A DNA stretch of 63,539 nt, counting the filler, from Octopus bimaculoides (taxonomy: Eukaryota): the NCBI RefSeq assembly GCF_001194135.2. It is 8 parts of 7 records of this genome, joined end to end, with 100 filler letters (N's around TTAATTAATTAA, not from the genome) between each part and the next. Parts side by side here need not be neighbours in the genome. Positions count along the whole stretch, not along the records: positions 38,008 to 53,271 come from NC_068990.1; positions 53,372 to 56,813 come from NW_026422021.1; positions 56,914 to 63,539 come from NW_026425836.1; 5 more parts are not named here. One strand, given 5' to 3'. Positions within the stretch are counted from its first letter, which is position 1. Each line of letters begins with the position of its first letter. Made by a program: the position numbers and the translations under genes. Below the pieces are notes generated by a model, which saw only the letters and a list, made by a program, of their open reading frames with translations, was not told where the DNA came from and did no database searches. Positions 51,066 to 63,539 of the stretch are shown here, piece by piece.

Positions 51066-51321
51066 AGTACCAGCTTGCTAGAAATAAGAGTTAAAATACT
51101 CAAACAAACCACCAAACTCACTGAAAATCATAACAGACCAACAGAAATTGGGCTAATGAGTAGAGAAAATTCAACATTTTAACTCAGCTGAAAGCTGTAG
51201 AATTAGGTAATAGATCTATTAGCTAATTCTACAGCTTTCAGCTGAGTTAAAATGTTGAATTTTCAATGATTTTGATGGCTTGTTTGAGTATTTTAACTCT
51301 TATTTCTAGCAAGCTGGTACT
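51066..51321. repeat. Long palindrome with two perfect 42-bp arm pairs
   Basis: 51066-51107/51280-51321 and 51165-51206/51223-51264 are exact reverse complements. Confidence 0.92.
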
Positions 51322-51699
51322 CTAAATTCCATTTCATATGTATTTTTATATTTTCGACGGTGATCTTTTCAAAGTATGTAAATGCTTTTGCAAATAAACA
51401 TACACATCATTTCAGAAGCTCCAGGAAACTTTGAAGTTATGCACATGCACTCAGCTCTGACTGCACTGCATCTTATATCAGAAACAGCTGTAAGCTAATG
51501 AAGTTGATTATGTAATTCTTGTTTCTTTGTCGTTTATTTAATTTATATATATATATAAGGAATGAACCTTGGAATTTTCATTCAATAAGACAATACAACA
51601 TAACAGAATGCAAGCAACAACAGCAGTATGTCTGAACATATGCCCCATGTGCTGGGGTTCCTTTATGCATGCCCCTTATTTTGGCATACCTACACAAGT

Positions 51700-52392
51700 G
51701 TGTCCCCCCACCCCACCGATTTTGTTTCCTCACAACTTTCAGAAACAAAGATATCTTTTAATTAAATTTTCTACAAATACGCTTCAAAGAACGAAGATTC
51801 CGATAATATCAGAATTTGTAATGAAAAACTTTTTCCGAGGATGAGGTAGAGTTTCGGAAAATTCACACGAATCAGCTTTGTTTCCTCATAACTTTCAGAA
51901 AAATGGGTAATTTTTAATGAGATTTTCTACAGATACTTTTCTGAGTGTTTAGATTACGATCGTATCTGAATTTAATATGAAGGAAAAAAATCTGGCAGGC
52001 TGGAACACATACTGACACATCAAATATATCTACAAAATGAAATTTGAAATTTAGTTAAAAAAAAAAACCCAAAAAACTGTGATGTGTATCAGTATGTATG
52101 TGTACGAGTCCACCAATTTTTTTCATATTCAGTTCCAATATTCCAGTATAATCGTAATCTACAGGCTTTGGTAGGCATTTGTAGAAGATTTCATTAAAAA
52201 ATACCCACTTATCTTAAAGATATAAGCAATCAAAGGTGACTCATGTGAATTTTCCGAAACTCCTCACTCCACCCACGGAAACAAAAATGACTCCAAATTC
52301 CGATGTAATTGGAATTTACACCATCTGAAGAATATTTGCAGAAAATTTTATTTTAAAATATTCATTTTTACCTATACACCTGTATAGGTAAA
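51700..52392. mobile_element. MITE-like element built from ~160-bp subrepeats in direct and inverted order
   Basis: 51715-51830 recurs at 51870-51985. Inverted homologs lie at 52140-52370, with a 12-bp perfect hairpin at 52367-52392. Confidence 0.55.
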
Positions 52393-52477
52393 TCAGGACC
52401 ATAGGCGATAGTGATGGAACAGAATAAGGGAAGTAACTCTAAATCGTTGCACCAAGTTGCGTAGAAAAATGTTGAAG

Positions 52478-52622
52478 ATGGCGCAGAGTCTACGAAGTTA
52501 TTCTCGAGTTTTGTGGTCGAAGTTAGCATACAAACATGTGCTTGGAGCTGCTAATTCATTAACCACACGATCAAATAGAACTATGTTACATTCATCTACT
52601 AGACATTTCGTCGCACCGTCAG
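52478..52622 (+). CDS. Candidate first coding exon, mitochondrial targeting peptide-like
   Basis: AAGATGGCG start context. MAQSLRSYSRVLWSKLAYKHVLGAANSLTTRSNRTMLHSSTRHFVAPS is R/S/L-rich with no acidic residues. Donor CAG|GTTTAG (phase 1) followed by a T-rich intron-like tract. An in-frame upstream ATG is at 52469. Confidence 0.6.
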
Positions 52623-53150
52623 GTTTAGTATTAAATTTCATTTGCCTTTCGATGTAAAATACATCGATTTCTTAGAAACGTGTTTTTACATGTTACTTGT
52701 TTCGTTTTTGTTTATTATTTGTTCGTGTTAATCGTGTAAATTATTTCTCTTATATCTCACACAATTTCTCTTCGACCTGTTCCCTCTTCTATCTCTCCAG
52801 CAGTTGTTCCAATGCATGCATCTAAAATTAAGGACAATTTCCAGTTAATTAGGACGAAAATAAAACCCTCAAGCATGATCATTTTTATCTAATTATGTAA
52901 CATCAATTTTTTAAAACACGAGTACAAAACCTCACATTTATTATTCAGTGGGGGACAAGGGACAAATGTGTCCCTTACACTTTTTCCAAGAACATTTCAA
53001 GTGATAAGAGTTAATTCGTTGCCCGGTTTAACACCTCCACCTGGTCCTCATTCTGTTTCAAAGTATTCAAGCCAGGCCTCTAATTTGAGGGTAACTCCCT
53101 CTATCCTAAGAGTCATGGGCACTGTCCTTGATTCCTTGACCAAGCAGTAA

Positions 53151-53216
<66 letters not shown>

Positions 53217-56200
53217 GCACACACACACGCGCGCATGCAACAGAGATGAAGTTGTTTCCAAGAGAGTTTAANNNNNNNNNNNNNNNNNNNNNNNNNNNNN
53301 NNNNNNNNNNNNNNNTTAATTAATTAANNNNNNNNNNNNNNNNNNNNNNNNNNNNNNNNNNNNNNNNNNNNGTGTGTGTGTGTTTGTATGTATGTATGTA
53401 TGTATGTATGTATGCATGTATATAATTAAAAATATGTTTTTATATACGTATATATACTTTATAATTATGTAGACATTAATTAGGAGAATGCTATGTGGTT
53501 AATACCCAATCTGAGCTGTACATGCTTGCATCTGTATGTATTTGTGTACTTATGCATATATGCATGTATGCATATATGCATGTATGCATATACGCGTACA
53601 TGTGTGACGAAGATATTCGTTTGAATTACTACTACAGTCCAAACGAAGTGACTGTACTCTTTCTTTTTCTTTCCACCTAATTTTACTTATGAATCTTGAA
53701 TCTCCGAGATTTGGTTTGAAAGGATTTGCTCTAAATTACTACTAATTGGAATTAAGCCTGAAACAATGTGAGTCAAATGTAAAACTTTCAACCAACGTCA
53801 GCCATGATGAATATTGTCTTCTAATGCAATCAAATGCAATAAATTGCAGAGGAGAACACATGATTACATAAAATCCAATACCTTCACTGGTATAAAAGTA
53901 TGGGCACCAATGGTAAGAATTTTAATTCCTTCTATGTGATAATACACTGACAAAATCTGATGTTTCAGCAAGTTTGTCAACTGTACTAACAACGCTCAAT
54001 GTTGAAAATTTTGTTGTGTCTGGAGAGTCATTCCCTTTTAGTGCCTTATCATTTAACACACTCACCGGTAAAGTTACTACTCATTTACTTATTTATCTTC
54101 CTAAAATTTTCGTCGCGTCTTGCAACCTTTTCAATAGTCGTTGACTCTTCCCAGACACTACAAAACATGCTTCAATACACGGACCCACATAAAGAATCTT
54201 GCAAACTAAATCCAAACACCAAATGTTGAAAATGCTTTCCAACATTAATACAAGGTTAAATATATTGTTGGCTCTGGATCAAATGATAAAATTAATGCCA
54301 ATATTAAGCAATCCCTGATATTAATTTCTCAGCCCGGAAGTTTGAAAAGTGAAGACCACCTTGGAGGGATTTCACCTAAAAATGGTTTCAAGAACAAGGA
54401 AGAATGCAAAAAAGAAATAAAAACTGATAGAAAATATACTAAGAGATTAAGTGTGGCGCTCTATCACAGCTTATGTCAAATCTACCAACATCCTTCATTG
54501 TTTAAATTAAACCCAACCTTCCCAATGTTCTGCAGAAGAAATACAAGTCTCGAAGAAACTGTCCATCAAAAAACAGTGGGACTCCACTTGATTAGACGGG
54601 TAAATCTGTAGAGTTGGTAGAAATAGGTTTCTTTCACACACACACACAAAGAAGCTGTTGGAGTGAGGCTATCAATCACCACCCAGCGCCGCCGTCTATT
54701 AGAATAACAGTGTAATAATATCCGAGTGTCCATTAACCAACTGACAACTCTGGTTTTAGTGAAAACGCTCCATAGAGGATATCTTTCATAATTACTAGGT
54801 GCAACTGTATAATTTAAAGTTTTCTGTTACTTGCTTTCTGATTCTAGTTAAAGAAACATTTCACACAAATGTCTGGTGTCCAGTCACACCTTTCTTTCAA
54901 CTACAAATGATGTTTTATTAAGCCTGAGATTCACCCTCCTCTCACCTGTGAAATAACATAGAAAAATCGAAACAAGAATAATAAAAACAGTCACTTTAAA
55001 GTGAGAAAGAAAAATGTGGCTAAAAAAAGGACAACAAAAAAAAGGTGTCAGGGAAGAGAAAAGAAAAATGGAAGTTAGAAACGAATCCTTTCTTTAAGAT
55101 GAGGGATTTTATGAATATTCATTACAAATGGGAGTAGGGAAGATGCCTGTACGGCTCTATGGTTAACAAGTTCGCTTCCAAATCACGTAGGCTGTACATA
55201 CAACCCAACTATGCTGTATTTTTGATGATAATTTTTTTTTTGTGTGTTTTGTGTTTGATTTCTTGTTGCAGTTCTCATCGGTCTTGAAGAGAATAATTTT
55301 GGGCCGAGTGTTTTCCACAGAAGGATATTAGATGTCTTAGTTAAAGTTTGCCACATAGAAACTACGGAAACACTTATTGCCTAACGGTTGATAGACCGCT
55401 TTTTGCTTTAACCTTTTTGTTACCTTCTAGCACGCTCATGACCCAGGACATTCCAGACTGATCATCCAGTCAATTTATTCTTTTTTTTTTCATCTGTAGT
55501 TCATCCATTTATTACTTGAACACCAAACATTCCATCCCACATCTTTCAAAGTATTTTTTAAAAAATATATTGTTCCGAAGCATCAGCTGTGCTTCTTATG
55601 TGACGCCCTTAGTAACCCGGCCAGCAACCTTAACTTTAACCTTGTCAGGTTTGGGGTTTCTAACAAATGGTAGTTCAACGGAGACAGTGCCCAGCGAAAT
55701 GAACGACAAACACCGCTGTCAGAAAATTGCCCCTACTGAGTTTATTCATCAGTATTTTCTAAAGTAACAGTGGTTTCGAATTTTGGAACAAGGTCAGCAG
55801 TTATGAGAGCGGAAAAAGTCGATCACTTCAACCACAGTTGGCAATTGGTACTTATTTTATCGACAACATTAAGGACAAAAAACAAATTCAACGCCGGTAG
55901 AATATGAACACTCAACAGAAAAAATCAGACGGAATATCACTTGGCACTTTTGTTCGACGTGTTAATGACTCCACTAACTCGACGTGTTTGCTTCTTAAAC
56001 TTAACAATACCCATTAAACATTAATAGTATTTATTTCATATCAAATAAAGCAAATCGGAAAAAAGTTGACCGTTTAGTTAAGCAGACAATCGGTTAGTTA
56101 TAAAAATATTTCAAAATATTTCTCCTGCAAAATTTTGGGAAACCATATCCAGTCGTACTCCTGACTCAAGCTCATTAAGATCTTTTTTGCATACTTTTAG

Positions 56201-56759
56201 TGTTCCATACAATAGCGGTAGGGACGAAACGATTCGAAAATAAATATCAAGGGGAAAAAAAAAACGAATGGAATTAGAGCCCTAAGGGCAATCATGACAC
56301 GGAAAATAGATCCACCAACTACGGCCGTTCCATTCTTATTTCAAGCAAAATGTATCTAGGACTGCATTAGCTAATGGGTCTTCCATTGCTGTTGTTGTTT
56401 GGTCTCAGGTTAGCACTGATCCAACATTACTATGGTTAACGGTGTTCTAACTGTGACCATTCACCTTTTATTAATGTGTCCACCCTTGTCGTTGTTGATA
56501 TTTTTATTGTTGTTGTTGTTGTTTTCTAATTATTTAGCCCTAAGTCAATTCTCATCAAGTACATCACTGATCAGAGGTGTTCCAGCATTATCTAATATCT
56601 CATTTACATATTTTTGTTTTTGTTCTTTTTCCTTCTTTTAAACGTGATATGAAGGGGATTATGCCCTTATTTCTAGGAAATGAAATACCACATTAAGAAA
56701 TCCATCGTTGTCTCAGATATTTTTTATACGATATTTATATATACTGTAAATATATATAG

Positions 56760-56813
<54 letters not shown>

Positions 56814-56977
56814 NNNNNNNNNNNNNNNNNNNNNNNNNNNNNNNNNNNNNNNNNNNNTTAATTAATTAANNNNNNNNNNNNNNNNNNNNNNNNNNNNNNN
56901 NNNNNNNNNNNNNAGATAAGGTAGATAGATAGATAGATAGATAGATAAAGATAGATAGATAGATAGATAGATAGATG

Positions 56978-57018
<41 letters not shown>

Positions 57019-57023
57019 GTAGG

Positions 57024-57068
<45 letters not shown>

Positions 57069-57494
57069 GCATAGAGAGAGAGAAAGAGATAGATGTGCAG
57101 AATGGTCGTGGTGATGGCGTTAGTGTTGGCAGTTGGTGGTTATATGGTGGTGGTCATTTAGTGGAAGACTCTCAACTGAGTGCAAGAGGGGGACAATGAA
57201 AAGTTGTTTTGGTCAGTTGGGACTACAAAACTGTCGAAAGCCCGCTCCCCACCCGCTGCGAACGTGGAGCAGACATTAGACTATAGGGAGCGCGGCATTT
57301 TTGGTCTGCCTGTTCGTCTGTCTACCTCCCCATCAACCCCTTAACTGACCCCCCTGCTGTTCAAAAGCCCTTGCAGAGAGCAATGAATATAGATAAAGAA
57401 ATAGTAAAACAAGAGAAAGTGACAAGGGTCAGAGTTTAAGGACCATGAGAGAGAGAAGGAGAAGCGGGTGGGGGGGACTTAGATTTAGAGAGGA

Positions 57495-57527
57495 AGAGAG
57501 AGGGGGGAGAAAGACAGAGTGACATAC

Positions 57528-57558
<31 letters not shown>

Positions 57559-57710
57559 GAGAGGGAGAGAAAGACAGAGTGACATACAGAGAGAGAGAGA
57601 GAGACAGACAGACAGAGAGAGGGAGAGAAAGACAGAGTGACATACAGAGAGAGAGAGACAGACAGGCAGAGAGAGGGAGAGGGAGGAAGAGAATCAAAGA
57701 GAGAGTCAGA
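57495..57710. repeat. Purine-rich compound minisatellite (AAAGACAGAGTGACATAC+(AG)n unit x3)
   Basis: Direct reading of the sequence. Confidence 0.8.
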
Positions 57711-59619
57711 GAGAACCGGTGTGTGGAGGGGAAGGATTGTGAATATAGTAGACGGTGGGAGGGGGAATCAGTGAACAAAAAAAACAAGTATGCGATTGTT
57801 TAGCCACAGGTCAAATGCATTCCAGTCGTGACCATCCATTTATTATACAGACATAGTGTTTGACAGGGGCTGGCCTGGCAGAAGACTACATCAGCCTATT
57901 GTCGTTGTTTTGGTATGGTTTTTACAGCTGGATGCCCTTCTTAACACCAACCACCCCACAATGTTGACTCAGTGCCCTTCCAAATGCCAACCACTCCGAG
58001 AGTGTAGTGGGTGCTTTTACGTGCCACCGGCACGAAGGCCAGTCAGGCGGTACCGGCAACGGCCACGCTCAAATGGTGTATTTTATGTGCCACCCGCACA
58101 AGAGCCAGTCCAGGGGCACTGGAAACGATCTCGCTCGAAAGTCCTTACACATGCCACGGGCACAAGTGCCAGAAAGGNNNNNNNNNNNNNNNNNNNNNNN
58201 NNNNNNNNNNNNNNNNNNNNNNNNNNNNNNNNNNNNNNNNNNNNNNNNNNNNNNNNNNNNNNNNNNNNNNNNNNNNNNNNNNNNNNNNNNNNNNNNNNNN
58301 NNNNNNNNNNNNNNNNNNNNNNNNNNNNNNNNNNNNNNNNNNNNNNNNNNNNNNNNNNNNNNNNNNNNNNNNNNNNNNNNNNNNNNNNNNNNNNNNNNNN
58401 NNNNNNNNNNNNNNNNNNNNNNNNNNNNNNNNNNNNNNNNNNNNNNNNNNNNNNNNNNNNNNNNNNNNNNNNNNNNNNNNNNNNNNNNNNNNNNNNNNNN
58501 NNNNNNNNNNNNNNNNNNNNNNNNNNNNNNNNNNNNNNNNNNNNNNNNNNNNNNNNNNNNNNNNNNNNNNNNNNNNNNNNNNNNNNNNNNNNNNNNNNNN
58601 NNNNNNNNNNNNNNNNNNNNNNNNNNNNNNNNNNNNNNNNNNNNNNNNNNNNNNNNNNNNNNNNNNNNNNNNNNNNNNNNNNNNNNNNNNNNNNNNNNNN
58701 NNNNNNNNNNNNNNNNNNNNNNNNNNNNNNNNNNNNNNNNNNNNNNNNNNNNNNNNNNNNNNNNNNNNNNNNNNNNNNNNNNNNNNNNNNNNNNNNNNNN
58801 NNNNNNNNNNNNNNNNNNNNNNNNNNNNNNNNNNNNNNNNNNNNNNNNNNNNNNNNNNNNNNNNNNNNNNNNNNNNNNNNNNNNNNNNNNNNNNNNNNNN
58901 NNNNNNNNNNNNNNNNNNNNNNNNNNNNNNNNNNNNNNNNNNNNNNNNNNNNNNNNNNNNNNNNNNNNNNNNNNNNNNNNNNNNNNNNNNNNNNNNNNNN
59001 NNNNNNNNNNNNNNNNNGTTGAGGATCAGTCGTTAGATAAAATATATTTCAACACACGGTTTCATGTCAATAATCTTGCAACTCAAATGAAATAAAGAAT
59101 GACAAAAAATGTAATCTCTATATTTTCGTGGATTCTCTCTCCCCATCCCCAGCATCTAACCCCACAAAACTAACGAAAATATTTTAAGAATTACAACCAA
59201 AAGAAGGGCGAATTAGAAATTTGAAAATGTCTTCTTTTGGAAATAAAAAGAGAAGAGTGGAGTAGGATACATATTGGCTTAAAATTTTGGCACAAGACCA
59301 GCAATTCCGAGGAAGGGAGTAAGTCGGTTTGGTACATATTTTATCACCCCCGATAGAACGAAAGGCAAAGTTGACCTCAGTGGAATTTGAACTCAGAACG
59401 TAAAAACGGACGAAATGCCGTCAAGCATTTTGGCAGATGTAACATATTCACTCGGAAATTACCCAATATTTTCATATTTTCATATTCCCTTTCTGATCAC
59501 AAATCAATAGGATGCCTTTTCTTTTCTTTTCTTTTGATTGCTTTGTTTCATCGTAGTATGATCTCACTGCTATTTCTAGCAGATGAGTAACCACGCAAAG
59601 ATTCCGTAGCTGGATCACA

Positions 59620-59690
59620 AACCGTTTTCATTGGTTGATTAACCGTTGACGTCATCGACCATCATCACTAACATGCCGTGAGTTCCATCT
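59620..59690 (+). promoter_or_regulatory. Possible promoter: inverted CCAAT, CRE, then ATGCC|GTGAGT
   Basis: ATTGG at about 59630, TGACGTCA 59647-59654, ATG 59673 and a strong donor at 59678. Confidence 0.25.
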
Positions 59691-60539
59691 GTTAAAACTA
59701 TTTCGCCCTTTTGTCTCCCCTCTTTCGTTTTTTACCGCCTATAAACAAAGAAATTAATAAATAAAGTGTCACTTTAGGGGTCAGAACCCCCCCCCTCTCA
59801 TTTAACCTCCCGCTTGTATCTAAACCCCTCACAACATCTATCGGGTCATTCACTCATCTCCTCGCGCTCCTTGTCTCTCTCACGCTCTCTCTCCCTCTGT
59901 CTCTGTGTGTGTCTATCTCTCTTTCTATCCCTCTCTCTCTCATTGTCTTTATCCTCCTCTATTTCGTTCTCTCCTTCCCTCCCACTCTGTCTCTCTCTCT
60001 TTATCTTCTTTTCTCTCTATTACCCCTCTTTCTGTCTAACTCATTCTCAGACGCTGCATCTTTCGCTCACGTTCCATTCTTACCTCCCTCTCTTTCTCTC
60101 TCTATATCTCACAATCTCTACATCTTTTACGCTGTCTTTCTCTCCATCTCTCTCCAAGCTATCTGTTTGTCTGTCTGCCTGTTTATCTATTTCTATCGCT
60201 CTCTCTCTCTCTCTCTCTCTCTTCCTATCTTTTTTCTCTCCCTCTCTCTTTTATCTATCTATCAATTTTTGTCTCTCTCTCTTTCTCTCGTTCTCTCATT
60301 CCATCTATCTATCTATCTATCTATCTATNNNNNNNNNNTCTATCTATCTATCTATCTATCTATCAGTTTATCTATTGATTTCATTCTCCCCCTCCCTCTC
60401 TCTCTAACTATCTCTCTATCTGGAATTACCTGTTCAAACCATCCAACATCTCATAAAGTGGACATTCCATCCCAGTACTAGGACAACCCCCCCCCCCCGG
60501 CAGTCAATATCCCCTGGGATACTGTTCTTTTTATACTCT

Positions 60540-60785
60540 CTTTTACTTGTTTCAGTCATTTGACTGCGGCCATGCTGGAGCACCGCCTTTAATTGAGAAA
60601 ATCGACCCCAAGACTTTATTTTTTGTAAGCCTAGTACTTATTCTATCGGTCTCTTTTTGCCGAACTGCTACGTTACGGTGACGTAAACACATCGGCATCG
60701 TGGAATTTTCAAGGCCAGATAACTGAAGAGATTTATTATAGATAAATTCCTCTATTTACATAATATTAAGGTTTCTTTCTTTTGT

Positions 60786-60843
<58 letters not shown>

Positions 60844-60990
60844 AATATATACATTGGGCTTCTTTCAGTTTCCATCTACCATATCCACTCACGAGGCTTT
60901 GGTTGGCTTGAGGCTATAGCAGAAAACACTCGCCCAAGGTGTCATGCAGTGGGACTGAACCCGGGACCATGTTGTTGGTAAGCAAGCTTC
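60540..60990 (-). mobile_element. SINE family A copy interrupted by (TA)n
   Basis: Homology to the other A copies. Confidence 0.8.
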
Positions 60991-61789
60991 TTTATTTCAT
61001 AAATATTTGCCATAAAGGCATTACAAAGAGGGGACAAACAAGGACAGACAAACATAAAAGGGGTGAAGTAGCTGTATCAATTAAATATTTACAATTTTAA
61101 ATATATAACAAATAATTTGATTATATTTACAATGTTTGATCAAAGCATTGCTCATTACAGATGCAATTTGTAATGGCTTTCCTGAAGGATAGGCATCTGA
61201 CCACCAGGGTAGACCCCTTGCTTTTTCATTCCCTTGTTTTTGGCTCCCACTTACCTGGTGCCAAACACTCCCAGCTTCCTAGCCACAGGCTTCCATCTTC
61301 TCATGAATCTGTCTCATGACAGGTACCTCTTCTCCAGCCTGGTCTCACTACTGAGGTGGTAACCAAAGGTATCCCACACAGCCAGGCCAGCATCTATATA
61401 TGAATCTACAAATCTGTGTGTGTATCTTGGCATCTGTGTTCCCTCACTACCACCACCAGGGCTTGACAACTGGTGTTGGTGTGTTTATGTCCCCTAATAG
61501 AGGCCCCACAAAGATAATGGATACAAGGAGTACTAACTCCTGGGGTCAATTTGTTCCACTTTAACCCCTTTTTGGCCAAAAAGGATTAAAGCAATGTTAG
61601 CATATGTGAATGTGAACTTACACATCTTTGTCTGTGTGTGTGTGTGTGGGGGGGGGGTTCACAGCTTTAATCTCCCTTGTCCTCAAAACAACATACACCC
61701 TTAATACACCCTGGTGTGATCTGACCCCTCCCTGCTCACTGCCCACTCATCAAAGTGCTCCACCAACTCTCATTCATAGCATTCCTCTA

Positions 61790-61990
61790 TCAGTCTACAA
61801 ACACCTTCTGTGACCTTTGACACTTTAGTTTACACCTATTAGCATTACACACACACACACACAGATGTACACACACAAAGACATACATACACAAACACAC
61901 ACACATATATACATACACACACACACAGATGCACACACATATACATACATACACACACACATGCATACACAAACGCACACACATAAACAA

Positions 61991-62026
<36 letters not shown>

Positions 62027-62390
62027 GCACATATAAACCAACATGTATACATATGCACATAGACACACACACACACACACAGAGTCACATTCTCACACAC
62101 ACACACACATGCAGTGTCAGTATACACACACACATACACACACAAACTCTCTCTCTGTCACACACACACACACACACACACATATAGATTCTTTCACTCA
62201 CACACACACATACCAACACATACAGTTTTCTCTCTCTTTCTCTCACACACACACACACACACACACACACGCATACTCACATACACATGCATACACCAAC
62301 AGTCACATATATACATACACACATAGAATCTCTCTCTCTCACTCTCACACACACACACACACACAGACTCTCACACATACACACACATGG
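61790..62390. repeat. Degenerate (CA)n-rich low-complexity tract
   Basis: Direct reading of the sequence. Confidence 0.9.
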
Positions 62391-63055
62391 GAGGGGGGGT
62401 CCACATATATATACAGGGACATTGACNNNNNNNNNNNNNNNNNNNNNNNNNNNNNNNNNNNNNNNNNNNNNNNNNNNNNNNNNNNNNNNNNNNNNNNNNN
62501 NNNNNNNNNNNNNNNNNNNNNNNNNNNNNNNNNNNNNNNNNNNNNNNNNNNNNNNNNNNNNNNNNNNNNNNNNNNNNNNNNNNNNNNNNNNNNNNNNNNN
62601 NNNNNNNNNNNNNNNNNNNNNNNNNNNNNNNNNNNNNNNNNNNNNNNNNNNNNNNNNNNNNNNNNNNNNNNNNNNNNNNNNNNNNNNNNNNNNNNNNNNN
62701 NNNNNNNNNNNNNNNNNNNNNNNNNNNNNNNNNNNNNNNNNNNNNNNNNNNNNNNNNNNNNNNNNNNNNNNNNNNNNNNNNNNNNNNNNNNNNNNNNNNN
62801 NNNNNNNNNNNNNNNNNNNNNNNNNNNNNNNNNNNNNNNNNNNNNNNNNNNNNNNNNNNNNNNNNNNNNNNNNNNNNNNNNNNNNNNNNNNNNNNNNNNN
62901 NNNNNNNNNNNNNNNNNNNNNNNNNNNNNNNNNNNNNNNNNNNNNNNNNNNNNNNNNNNNNNNNNNNTCTGTCTGTCTCTCTCTCTTTCTTTCTATCTAT
63001 CTATCTATCTATCTATCTGTATGTCTGTCTGTCTATCTATCTATCTATCTATCTA

Positions 63056-63089
<34 letters not shown>

Positions 63090-63116
63090 GATTGATCCAT
63101 AGAAATGAAGTATTAT

Positions 63117-63460
63117 AGGCGCCAGTAGCATGGTTCTGGGTTCAGTCCTACTGTGTGGCACCTTGGACACATGTCTTCTATTTATAGAAGCCTTGTGAGT
63201 GAATTTGGTAGATGGAAACTGAAAGAAGCCCGTCACATATGTGTGTGTGTGTGTGTGTTTGTGTCTGTGTTTGTCCACCCACCATCGTTTGAAAGCTGAT
63301 GCTGGTGTGCTTATGTCCCTATAACATTAGCGACTCCATCAGTAAAAGAGACCCATAGAATAAGTACTAGGCTTACAAAGAAAAAGCCCCCAGGGTCTAT
63401 TTGTTCAACTGACGGCAGTGCTTCAGCATGGCCACAGTCAAAATTACTGACATGCAAAAA
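63117..63460 (+). mobile_element. SINE family A copy, decayed
   Basis: B box GGTTCAGTCC and the shared body. Confidence 0.8.
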
Positions 63461-63539
63461 TAGCAACATACAAAAAGTATATAGGTAGTGATGGTGGTGG
63501 TGGTGGAGGAGGTTAGGGTGAGCAAGGGAATGGTGTAGG

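Noticed and set aside
52801-52890. Exon 2 of the mitochondrial candidate (AVVPMHASKIKDNFQLIRTKI)
   Set aside because: Strong acceptor but no credible donor before the stop; the resemblance to known proteins is superficial.
8633-56869. TTAATTAATTAA islands between N runs (8633, 16603, 29543, 32357, 37952, 53316, 56858)
   Set aside because: Identical, symmetrically N-flanked and giving stops in all six frames, so they are assembly gap linkers rather than biology.
5600-62390. YI/HT/CV/poly-L/poly-D/poly-M ORFs
   Set aside because: They are translations of di-, tri- and tetranucleotide microsatellites with no coding evidence.
2671-63102. Long ORFs containing X runs
   Set aside because: They are open only because they cross N gaps.

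Overview
AT-rich, gap-riddled eukaryotic genomic DNA. The repeat families, microsatellite density and N50-TTAATTAATTAA-N50 gap linkers point to an Octopus (probably O. bimaculoides) draft assembly; this is inference, with no database check. Almost all listed ORFs are artefacts of N-gaps or microsatellites. Recognisable content is mostly decayed transposons: RTE LINEs, R4/Dong-like and HERO-like REL LINEs, Penelope-like elements, Tc1/mariner, hAT MITEs, a Helitron 3' end and several tRNA-derived SINE families. No host gene can be named. The best host-gene candidates are a first coding exon with a mitochondrial-presequence-like peptide (52478-52622, +), a clean 168-bp open exon (35229-35396, +) and a tentative 3-exon small gene on the minus strand (47664 to 40694). 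The most interesting signals are (i) several type I hammerhead ribozyme or ribozyme-like motifs in Penelope-type terminal repeats, some inside long fold-back elements, the best at 5197-5255; (ii) a REL retroelement fragment whose motifs recall microsporidian elements; and (iii) a CpG-depleted block bounded by a CRE-containing CpG-rich region with a diverged inverted homology centred on it. All translations and alignments were done by eye.
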